Assembly: GCA_022652985.1 (NCBI GenBank)
Contig: JALCRY010000006.1
Location: 284 to 64,283, forward strand
Source of the DNA: Eubacteriaceae bacterium
Lineage (GTDB): Bacteria; Bacillota; Clostridia; Peptostreptococcales; Anaerovoracaceae
Direction: 5' to 3'
DNA length: 64,000 nucleotides
In this document: in pieces, positions 11,011-18,777 of the stretch
Numbering within the stretch: the first letter of the stretch is position 1
Layout: each line of letters opens with the position of its first letter
Notes under the pieces: generated by a model
Databases searched by the model: none
What the model saw: only the letters and a program-made list of their open reading frames with translations
Told to the model about the DNA's origin: nothing
Made by a program: the position numbers and the translations under genes

Positions 11011-11038
11011 TTGATTCTTGCGTGATATAGCATATAAT
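11011..11038 (+). promoter_or_regulatory. Promoter of the GntR-family regulator gene
   Basis: TTGATT, 16-nt spacer, TATAAT (11033-11038). Confidence 0.5.
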
Positions 11039-11092
11039 CAAACTCAAAGGGGAAATATACACAGTTTGGGGAACTGAGAATGGAGGAGGATA

Positions 11093-11743
11093 ATGGCAAC
11101 TGAAATGTCGTCCCTGCGGGGGCTGGCGACAAGACAGATACTGCGTGAAATACAGTCCGGGCGTTTCAAGCCGGGTACCATAGTTACGGAAGTACAGATA
11201 TGTGAAATTGTGGGGCTCAACAGAACTCCTGTAAGGGAAGCTCTTATCGAGCTTGTTGCCAACGGAGTGATCGAAAAAGTACCGCATAAAGGATATCAGG
11301 TGCGTGAGTTCGACGAAAAATCGAAGATAGATGTCTTCGAGATAATTGCAGTTCTCGATGCGCTGGCAGCCCGTCTTTCCATAGAAAAAATGACGGAAGA
11401 GGATTTTATGCGCATGAATGAACTTATCGATCTAATGAATGTGGCGATCAAATATCGGAACTATGAGGGGTATAATGATCTGCAGGAACAGTTCCATCAT
11501 GTTTATATCGACAAGTGCGACAACCCGTTCCTGATAAATAAACTGCAGGAAATAAAGGAAAGTGTTCCAAGGTACACGTATTATTCGGACGACAATGAAA
11601 AAATGTGGCAGGCATGTGAACAGGCGAATGAAGAGCATAAAGTGATAGTTGAACTGATCAGGGATAAAAAGTCTCAAGAAGTATCAAGTTATCTGATTTA
11701 TACCCACTGGTTCGCAAAATCCAAATACAAAGATATCATATAG
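11093..11743 (+). CDS. GntR-family transcriptional regulator, FadR-like (FCD) C-terminal domain
   Basis: 216 aa. N-terminal winged-helix region (ICEIVGLNRTPVREALIELVANGVIEKVPHKGYQV) and helical C-terminal domain. SD GGAGGAGG. Confidence 0.88.
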   Translation: MATEMSSLRGLATRQILREIQSGRFKPGTIVTEVQICEIVGLNRTPVREALIELVANGVIEKVPHKGYQVREFDEKSKIDVFEIIAVLDALAARLSIEKMTEEDFMRMNELIDLMNVAIKYRNYEGYNDLQEQFHHVYIDKCDNPFLINKLQEIKESVPRYTYYSDDNEKMWQACEQANEEHKVIVELIRDKKSQEVSSYLIYTHWFAKSKYKDII

Positions 11744-11755
11744 TCATAATGATCG

Positions 11756-11782
11756 GGAACGGCAGCATATGCCGTTCCTTTT
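11756..11782 (+). terminator. Rho-independent terminator after the GntR gene
   Basis: GGAACGGCA/TGCCGTTCC stem, 5-nt loop, TTTT. Confidence 0.8.
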
Positions 11783-11911
11783 GCGTCTTCGGGAAGCCGG
11801 CGTGATAAGAATATATTGTATTGTGCAGTTTCTGCGCATAAGGTATAATTAGTTAGATTATTTAGATAATCGGGGCAATTATAGTCTATTTAGGGAAACA
11901 GGCGGTGGGAA

Positions 11912-14611
11912 ATGAAAATGAATGATGAAAATATTAAAAAAATTGCCGACAACCTGCCGTTTGGGCTGGGTGTCTTTTTTGTGGATGGGGGAAATTATGA
12001 ACCGGTTATTATAAATACTGCTTTTGTTGAACTTTTCGATATAGATATCGCTGCGGTGCAGAGAAAAAAAGAACTTGCTGAACTCGTTCTGTCGGAATCA
12101 GTGAGGCATGAAAAAATACGCTTTGACAGGAGCGGTGCAGGTGATTTCAGATGGTACAGGATAGATGCGAGGCGCCTGGAAATAGAAGGCAGAGAGATCA
12201 GTGTCGTATGTGTTTCGGATGTGACTGAGGAGACAGAAGCCGCTGTTGAACAGCAGAAGATGAGAACGATGTATGAGGCAGCCGTTTCCGATACCGGAAT
12301 CGTGGTATGGGAATATGATATCGCCGCACACAGAGTGATCATGGCGGATAATGAATTTACCAGATATGACTATTCAAAATTCGATCTTGCGAAAGTTATC
12401 GAGAATGCTCCGTATTCGCTGGCCTCAAAAATTGCGGATGCTGATGTCGAAAAATTCCTGGGGATATACAGAGCTGTGGATGGCGGCGCGCCGGAAGCAT
12501 CCTGCGAGGTGTGGTATAAGCTTACCCCGGGACAGGAGCCGCGGTGCGAACAGATCAGACTGTTCACTGTGTTCGGGGACGACGGGGAACCTGTGAGCGC
12601 CCTGGGGATCGGCCGGAACATTACTGAACAGAAGCTGGCGGAGAAAAAATATGAGCTGGCATATAAAGAACTCGAGGAAGCTCATCCGATGTCGCTGGGG
12701 TCTTTTCATCTGAATCTGACGACGAACTGGTGCGGCAACGGAAAAAGCCCGCTGGGCTTTGTGCTGAAACAGCAGGAAAAAGGCACCGCAGACAGCTATT
12801 TTCAGGAGTTCGCCAAGCTGATCGCCGATGAAGATGTTAGAGAAAAGTATTTCAAAATATTCACCAGAGAAGCACTGCTGAGGCAGTTCGAGAACGGGGT
12901 GACAAATGTATCGATAGAATACCCGATAGAATATGAGGACGGGACAAGGCACTGGCGCAGCGGCCTGCTTTTTATGCTGCGGAATCCTATTACCGGCGAT
13001 ATTGAAGCCGTGACATATGCAATAGATATCGACGACAGGAAGCGGAATGAGCTGATCATGGAAAAGCTGACCGGCAGCAGTTTCGAATATATAGCGCTTA
13101 TAGATCCGAAACATAATTTATTTAAGCTCTGTAATAAGAAAAACGGCGATCTCTGCGGAAGCGTTGGAGAGAAGTCGGACTATGCCGGGTTCATAGACTT
13201 TGTAAAAACAAATTATGAAAGGCAGGACGGAGAGGAACCGTATGAGAATGCGCTTGCGGCTGACAAGATAGCCGGGAGACTGGAGGAGGAAGGTCCGTTC
13301 ACGCTTGTTTATGACGGAGCAGGACCTGACCGCAGCAGACATATACAGCTGAAATTCAGCTGGCTGGAAAAGCCGGGCGGACTGATACTTGTCATGCAGA
13401 GCGATATAACAGAGGCTTTTGAGGAACAGCAGAAACGTCTTGCGCAGGTGCAGGAGGCACTGCTTCGGGAGGCAAAAGCCAATGAAGCGAAATCTGTATT
13501 TCTGTCCAGCATGAGTCATGATCTGAGAACACCGCTGAACGGTATAATCGGGTTCATCGATTTTGCGATACGCGAGGAAGATCCGCAAAAGCGGATGGAT
13601 TATCTGCTGAAAGTCAGATCCTCGAGCGAACTGCTGCACGATCTTATCAACGACACGCTGGAACTTTCGCGCATCGAGAGCGGCAAGGTGAGTATCGAAT
13701 GTGAAGCTGTCCCGGCGAGAGAAATCACACCGGCGGTCATTACTGCACTGAGACCTGCGGCAGAAATGAAAGGCGTGGAGATCGAAATGAATCTTTTGTC
13801 CTCGCCGGATACACTGCTTTGGGTCGACAAGCTGAAAATGCAGAAAATAGTTTTGAATCTGGTGTCGAATGCAGTCAAATATACTCATCAGGGAGGCAGA
13901 GTCCGCGTATCAGTAATAAAACTTGACCCGCCGGAAAACGGATGCAATCAGAGGCTCATAGTCGAGGACACAGGGATAGGCATGAGCAGTGAGTTCCTGG
14001 GCAGGATATTCGAACCGTTCGCGCAGGAAAAGCGCTCGGAAGCATTATCGGTCGAAGGGACCGGGCTCGGATTGACGATAGTCAAGAGATATGTTGATCT
14101 GATGAAGGGCCGCATTACGGTGCAGAGCAAAGTACATGAAGGCACAAAATTCATGATCGACTTACCGGTGAAATACGCTGCGGACCGTGAACTGATCAAG
14201 GAAAGCAAAGCTGCGGATGAAGCAGTGCTGAAAGGGAAAAATGTATTGCTCTGCGAAGATAACCTTGTGAATACGGAAATCGCCGTGCTTCTGCTTAAAG
14301 AAAAAGGCCTGAATGCCGAGTGTGCCGAGAACGGCAGGATCGGTCTGGAGAAATTCGAGCAGTCGGAGACCGGATATTATGATATAGTACTTATGGATAT
14401 ACGTATGCCTGTAATGGACGGACTGGAAACTGCTGCGGCGATAAGAAAGCTCAGCAGGGAAGATGCCGGAACTGTTCCTGTTGTCGCGATGACAGCGGAT
14501 GCTTTCGAGGAAAGCAGGATCGCGGCCGCGGAAGCGGGAATGAACGGATACGTTACCAAACCTATTGATCCCGAGAATTTATATAGAACGATCGCAGAGG
14601 TGCTTTCATGA
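11912..14611 (+). CDS. Soluble hybrid sensor histidine kinase (PAS repeats, HisKA, HATPase, C-terminal receiver)
   Basis: 899 aa. H-box SMSHDLRTPLNGIIGF, G-boxes DTGIGM and GTGLGLTIVK, receiver DIVLMDIRMPVMDG...VTKP. No obvious transmembrane segment. Confidence 0.9.
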   Translation: MKMNDENIKKIADNLPFGLGVFFVDGGNYEPVIINTAFVELFDIDIAAVQRKKELAELVLSESVRHEKIRFDRSGAGDFRWYRIDARRLEIEGREISVVCVSDVTEETEAAVEQQKMRTMYEAAVSDTGIVVWEYDIAAHRVIMADNEFTRYDYSKFDLAKVIENAPYSLASKIADADVEKFLGIYRAVDGGAPEASCEVWYKLTPGQEPRCEQIRLFTVFGDDGEPVSALGIGRNITEQKLAEKKYELAYKELEEAHPMSLGSFHLNLTTNWCGNGKSPLGFVLKQQEKGTADSYFQEFAKLIADEDVREKYFKIFTREALLRQFENGVTNVSIEYPIEYEDGTRHWRSGLLFMLRNPITGDIEAVTYAIDIDDRKRNELIMEKLTGSSFEYIALIDPKHNLFKLCNKKNGDLCGSVGEKSDYAGFIDFVKTNYERQDGEEPYENALAADKIAGRLEEEGPFTLVYDGAGPDRSRHIQLKFSWLEKPGGLILVMQSDITEAFEEQQKRLAQVQEALLREAKANEAKSVFLSSMSHDLRTPLNGIIGFIDFAIREEDPQKRMDYLLKVRSSSELLHDLINDTLELSRIESGKVSIECEAVPAREITPAVITALRPAAEMKGVEIEMNLLSSPDTLLWVDKLKMQKIVLNLVSNAVKYTHQGGRVRVSVIKLDPPENGCNQRLIVEDTGIGMSSEFLGRIFEPFAQEKRSEALSVEGTGLGLTIVKRYVDLMKGRITVQSKVHEGTKFMIDLPVKYAADRELIKESKAADEAVLKGKNVLLCEDNLVNTEIAVLLLKEKGLNAECAENGRIGLEKFEQSETGYYDIVLMDIRMPVMDGLETAAAIRKLSREDAGTVPVVAMTADAFEESRIAAAEAGMNGYVTKPIDPENLYRTIAEVLS

Positions 14612-15372
14612 TGACTCAATATATTAAAGGCAGCAATGGATATGATATTCCGTATCTGGCGGATATAAAAGGCGGCGAACCCATGGTAGTGGTTGTCAGC
14701 ATAGGCTTCGGCAGCAGTATCGGCGGACCGACTCCGGCCATGGTGTTTCGCTCCATGCAGAAGACCGGTGCCGGCGTGATAGTCTATGATTTCCCCGCTC
14801 ACGGCGACAGCCCTGCGGGAGGAGAATGCCTCAGCGTCGGAAACTGCATGAGAGATCTTGAAACAATTGAAAATCTTGCCTGTGAAATGTCGGGCGGTGC
14901 TGAAACGGTGTACTTTTCATCGAGCTTCGGTGCATTCATATGTCTGAATTATATGGCGCGCTTTGAGCATCGCGGCCGGAAATCATTCTGCAGGAGCGCC
15001 GCGGTCAGCATGCCGGATGTTTTCCGTGATCTTTCCGCGGAGGAGACAGAGAAACTGCAGCGGTCAGGTTTTGTAATGCTGAACGAGTATCACCGGCCTA
15101 TTAAGCTGACAGAAGAGTTCGTCAGAGACCTTGCGGAGCATGATGTGTTTGCGCTTTACGAAAACGGCCGGCCGGCAAATTGCGCGGATGATAAGATCTG
15201 CATGATCCATGGAGAGAAGGACGAAACCATTCCTGTCGGGGGTGCAGAGCGTTTTGCAGTAATGTCGGGGGCCGATCTGACGGTCGTGGACGGTGCGGGA
15301 CACAGACTGATGGAGCCGGGCAATCCGGAAAAAGTCATGGATCTTGCGGAATCATTCTATTTCCGCAGGTAA
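14608..15372 (+). CDS. Alpha/beta-fold hydrolase (serine hydrolase)
   Basis: 254 aa. Nucleophile elbow FSSSFGAF, C-terminal GAGHRL histidine region. ATGA overlap with the kinase stop codon. Confidence 0.7.
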   Translation: MMTQYIKGSNGYDIPYLADIKGGEPMVVVVSIGFGSSIGGPTPAMVFRSMQKTGAGVIVYDFPAHGDSPAGGECLSVGNCMRDLETIENLACEMSGGAETVYFSSSFGAFICLNYMARFEHRGRKSFCRSAAVSMPDVFRDLSAEETEKLQRSGFVMLNEYHRPIKLTEEFVRDLAEHDVFALYENGRPANCADDKICMIHGEKDETIPVGGAERFAVMSGADLTVVDGAGHRLMEPGNPEKVMDLAESFYFRR

Positions 15373-15462
15373 TCAGGCGCCAATAGTGTAAATTACTTTA
15401 TTTTCCATTTATTCCATGTTATGATATTTACATCGGCAGTACCAGCGGCAGGCGGAGGAAAC

Positions 15463-16767
15463 ATGGAATCGTTTATTTCAAAGGAAGAACTTCTTGATTA
15501 TCTGCAGAATGATCAGCTGACGGGGCTGAACAATGCGGATACTTTTTACAGGGCAACGCACGAGATGCTGATTGCAGACCCGGGGACTGATTACATCATG
15601 GCCCGTTTTGATGTGGACAGTTTCGGCATGGTCAACGAACTATACGGATTTGATGCGGGAGATCATCTGCTGATATGCATTGCAGATGTACTTCATGGTT
15701 TTGTGCGCGAAAGAGGTACCTGCGGCAGGATACATGCCGATATATTCGAGATATGTGTTCCGGCAGGCGGATTCGACCCGCGGGAGCTGCTGGAACGGAT
15801 GAACAGTGTCCTGAGCGGGCTGGGAATGCTGAACCGGATAACGGGGCATATGGGGATCTACTGTATTACCGATCATTGGATGAACGCCGCTCTGATGAGC
15901 GACAGAGCGAATTCCGCCCTCCAGAGTATCAAGGGGAGCCATGCGGAGGATTATGCTTATTACAGCGATGAAGAGGGCGAGCGGCAGATGCGCGAACAGA
16001 TGATAATCAAGTGCATGTATGACGCGCTGGAGAAGGGAGAGTTCAGGGTACGTTATCAGCCGATATATAATACGGAGACAGGTCTGCCGGAATGTGCCGA
16101 GGCGCTCGTCAGGTGGCACCTTCACGGGGATGCTGCGCTTCGTCCGGCGGAATTCATAAGCATATTTGAAAAATGCGGATTTATCGTAAGGCTCGATTAT
16201 TATATCTGGGAAGAAGTCTGCCGTGAAATGAGGATGCGCATGGATATGGGTGCGCAGGTCATGCCGGTTTCCGTTAATATGTCGAGATGCGATGCCTTTG
16301 AACCTACGATAATAACAGATATTACAGCGCTTACGGAGTGCTACGGCATACCGCATGATATGCTTCGTTTTGAGATCACAGAAACAATTTTCGGTGAGGA
16401 TCCGCAGCGTCTGAGAAGCGTTATTGCAGAAATGCAGGATCTGGGTTTCGTGATCCTGCTCGATGATTTCGGCAGCGGATATTCCACGCCCTCTTCGCTG
16501 ATAGAAATACCTTTTGACATCGTGAAAATAGACAGGGAATTTATCAGGAATATCACCTCATCCAAAAGATGTGAGTATGTGCTGGATTCAATATTTCTGC
16601 TGGCGGACAGGCTGGAAGTTCCGGTAGTGGCTGAAGGCGTGGAGAGTGCCAGACAGATGGACAGGCTCAGAAAAAAGAGCTGTGAATACGTTCAGGGATA
16701 CTATTTTTCGAGACCGCTGGAACCGGATGAGTTTTACAGAATGATAGACAAAAACAGGCACCGCTGA
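15463..16767 (+). CDS. Degenerate GGDEF + EAL domain protein (predicted c-di-GMP phosphodiesterase)
   Basis: Start moved to the ATG at 15463 (SD GGAGGAAAC). GGDEF signature replaced by HADIF. EAL residues intact: EALVRW, SVNMS, EITE, DDFGSGYS, KIDREF, EGVE, QGYYF. Confidence 0.88.
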   Translation: MESFISKEELLDYLQNDQLTGLNNADTFYRATHEMLIADPGTDYIMARFDVDSFGMVNELYGFDAGDHLLICIADVLHGFVRERGTCGRIHADIFEICVPAGGFDPRELLERMNSVLSGLGMLNRITGHMGIYCITDHWMNAALMSDRANSALQSIKGSHAEDYAYYSDEEGERQMREQMIIKCMYDALEKGEFRVRYQPIYNTETGLPECAEALVRWHLHGDAALRPAEFISIFEKCGFIVRLDYYIWEEVCREMRMRMDMGAQVMPVSVNMSRCDAFEPTIITDITALTECYGIPHDMLRFEITETIFGEDPQRLRSVIAEMQDLGFVILLDDFGSGYSTPSSLIEIPFDIVKIDREFIRNITSSKRCEYVLDSIFLLADRLEVPVVAEGVESARQMDRLRKKSCEYVQGYYFSRPLEPDEFYRMIDKNRHR

Positions 16768-16769
16768 AG

Positions 16770-16798
16770 TTGACATGAAGCCTTTGAGTTGTTATGAT
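16770..16798 (+). promoter_or_regulatory. Promoter of tRNA-Leu
   Basis: TTGACA (16770-16775), 17-nt spacer, TATGAT (16793-16798). The tRNA 5' end lies 20 nt downstream. Confidence 0.6.
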
Positions 16799-16817
16799 AA
16801 TAAAGTCAAATTTGCCT

Positions 16818-16900
16818 GCGCCTGTGGCGGAACTGGCAGACGCGCTAGATTTAGGTTCTAGTGGGAGACCGTGGGGGTTCAAGTCCCTCCAGGCGCACCA
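16818..16900 (+). tRNA. tRNA-Leu (anticodon UAG), class II with variable arm, CCA encoded
   Basis: Acceptor GCGCCTG/CAGGCGC, anticodon stem CTAGA/TCTAG with loop TTTAGGT, 11-nt variable region, T-arm GGGGGTTCAAGTCCCTC. 83 nt. Confidence 0.92.
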
Positions 16901-16901
16901 G

Positions 16902-16932
16902 AAAAAAAAGCTCCTCGCAGAGGAGTTTTTTT
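16902..16932. terminator. Bidirectional-looking terminator after tRNA-Leu
   Basis: A-run, stem CTCCTC/GAGGAG with GCA loop, then TTTTTTT. Confidence 0.7.
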
Positions 16933-16933
16933 G

Positions 16934-16964
16934 TGGCAGAAAGGAAGGGACTTGAACCCGAAAG
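16934..16964 (-). pseudogene. tRNA 3'-end fragment (T-arm, acceptor 3' strand, discriminator, CCA)
   Basis: Minus strand reads ..TCGGGTTCAAGTCCCTTCCTTTCTGCCA. It has a 14-nt identity (GGGTTCAAGTCCCT) to the adjacent tRNA-Leu T-arm and the same 16-nt spacing from T-loop to CCA. No matching 5' half is present. Confidence 0.5.
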
Positions 16965-16994
16965 GCGGTTGATTGCAACACGTTTCGGTTTTTT
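16957..16994 (+). terminator. Second hairpin plus T-run downstream of tRNA-Leu
   Basis: CCGAAA...TTTCGG stem enclosing a GTTG-ATTG-CAAC mini-hairpin, followed by TTTTTT. Confidence 0.5.
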
Positions 16995-17060
16995 GTTTAT
17001 TCTTACGGTTTCAAAAACTAACATTTTACTTACAGGTTTTGTTATATATGGCATCTGCGA

Positions 17061-17094
17061 GAAAATAAACAAACCACCGGCTCGGCGGTGGTTT
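17061..17094 (-). terminator. Rho-independent terminator of the minus-strand yprB-like/proA/DUF3842 operon
   Basis: Stem AAACCACCG/CGGTGGTTT. On the minus strand it is followed by GTTTATTTTC. Confidence 0.8.
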
Positions 17095-17102
17095 GATAAA
17101 TA

Positions 17103-17525
17103 CTATTTTGACGATTCCTTTATGTAATCACGTATCACGTCAACGGCTTCGTCTATGTGTCTGCCCATAGGCATATCTGCGAGGCCGACCATGTGTATGC
17201 CGCAGCGGTTCAGCGGCAGCAATACTTTGAAGGCATTGCTTGCGCCTATGGCTGTCGCCATAGCGGGGGTGAGTTCGCCCATCATGGCGTTCGCTGTCAG
17301 GATGCCGACTACGCCGACGATCACATCAGCGTACTGCATGTTATAGACGATCGCATTTTCTCCAGTCGCGCCTTCATCGGCCCCGGCTTTCATCATGATC
17401 CCGGTCGCCGTCGCGTTCGTGCCGAGCGCCATGATCTCCGCGTTCTTAATATCCGCCGCCCTGAGTTTTTCAACGATCGAGCGGCCGATGCCGCCGCCCT
17501 GTCCGTCTATTACTGCTATGACCAT
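17103..17525 (-). CDS. DUF3842-like conserved hypothetical protein
   Basis: Start moved to MVIAVIDGQGGGIGRSIVEKL (SD GGAGGTG, 4 nt after the proA stop). Sequence pattern recalled as the clostridial DUF3842 family. No function known. Confidence 0.7.
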   Translation of the reverse strand: MVIAVIDGQGGGIGRSIVEKLRAADIKNAEIMALGTNATATGIMMKAGADEGATGENAIVYNMQYADVIVGVVGILTANAMMGELTPAMATAIGASNAFKVLLPLNRCGIHMVGLADMPMGRHIDEAVDVIRDYIKESSK

Positions 17526-17529
17526 GCTA

Positions 17530-18777
17530 TCATTCACCTCCCGGGATAATATCTTTGAATTTGAATGTGCTTTTGCCTGAGGCATAGTCGCCGACAATCT
17601 GTCCGTTGCCGCGGATCTTGTATTTATACGTAACCAGACCGTCCAGGCCTATCGGGCCGCGCGGCGGCAGTTTTCCCGTGCTGATGCCGACTTCGGCGCC
17701 GAATCCGTATCTGAAGCCGTCCGCAAACCTTGTGGAGACATTCCAGTACACACCGGCACTGTCAACTTCGTCGAGGAATATTTCCGCGGCGCCAGGGTCT
17801 TCGGTAATGATCGCGTCAGTGTGGTGTGATCCGTATTTGTTGATGTGAGCTATGGCATCATCTATGTCGGATACTGTCATGACAGTCATTTTATAATCGA
17901 GATACTCGCAGAAATCATCGTCTGATTTCGCGGGGATAATTTCGATGTCTATGTCAGAGGCGCCGGGAAGTTCGGCCAGAACTTCATCGGCGACATCCTC
18001 ATGGAGTATCAGTGTCTCGGCCGCGTTGCAGGCGGAAACATACTGAGTTTTTGCATCAATGATGATCGGTATGGCTTTCCGGATATCGGCAGCTTTGTCG
18101 ACATAGATGTGGCAGATACCGCCGGCATGACCCATGACCGGGATGTCAGAGTTGTCCATTATGTACTGCACGAACTGATTCGAACCTCTCGGAATGAGAA
18201 GATCGATCTCGTCGCGGCACTTGATGATTTCATTTATGCCGGCTCTGTCTTCGATTATGGCCGCAAAATTTTCCGGCAGTCCGGCCTCGATGCCCGCGGC
18301 GCGGATGACGTCAAACAGGGCCCTGTTCGTTTCTTTCGCTTCGCTTCCGCCTTTTAGTATCACAGCGTTGCCGCTTTTGATGCAGAGCGCGGAAACCTGA
18401 ACGAGAGCATCCGGACGCGACTCGAAGATGATGCCGATAACTCCTATCGGACAGGTGACCTGCGTCAGGATGAGATCGTCATCGAGTTCGCGTTCAAGGA
18501 GCGTTTTCCCGATAGGATCATCGAGTTCGATAAGTCCGGAGATGCCTGCTAAGACATCGCTGAGTTTATGTTCGTCGAACCTGAGTCTTCCGAGAATAGG
18601 GCCGGGGAGATCACTGCCGTTTTCGAGATCGCGTCTGTTCGCGGCGAATATTTCCTCTTTGTTGGCAGTAAGCGCTTCGGCGATCGCGGCGAGCGCCTCA
18701 TTGCGCCTGTCGGTCGAAAGTCCGGCCAGTGTGTAACTGTCGGCTTTGACTTGTCTGGCAGTTTCTATATAGTCCAT
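17530..18777 (-). CDS. proA: Glutamate-5-semialdehyde dehydrogenase (gamma-glutamyl phosphate reductase)
   Basis: About 415 aa from MDYIETARQ. Aldehyde dehydrogenase fold with the CNAAETLILH catalytic Cys region typical of ProA. The upstream 25 codons of the ORF overlap the preceding gene and were trimmed. Confidence 0.9.
   Translation of the reverse strand: MDYIETARQVKADSYTLAGLSTDRRNEALAAIAEALTANKEEIFAANRRDLENGSDLPGPILGRLRFDEHKLSDVLAGISGLIELDDPIGKTLLERELDDDLILTQVTCPIGVIGIIFESRPDALVQVSALCIKSGNAVILKGGSEAKETNRALFDVIRAAGIEAGLPENFAAIIEDRAGINEIIKCRDEIDLLIPRGSNQFVQYIMDNSDIPVMGHAGGICHIYVDKAADIRKAIPIIIDAKTQYVSACNAAETLILHEDVADEVLAELPGASDIDIEIIPAKSDDDFCEYLDYKMTVMTVSDIDDAIAHINKYGSHHTDAIITEDPGAAEIFLDEVDSAGVYWNVSTRFADGFRYGFGAEVGISTGKLPPRGPIGLDGLVTYKYKIRGNGQIVGDYASGKSTFKFKDIIPGGE

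Noticed and set aside
16934-17020. Possible complete minus-strand tRNA gene
   Set aside because: Only the T-arm, acceptor 3' strand and CCA are recognisable. There is no complementary 5' acceptor strand (AGAAAGG), no D-arm and no pairable anticodon stem. It is kept only as a relic or fragment.
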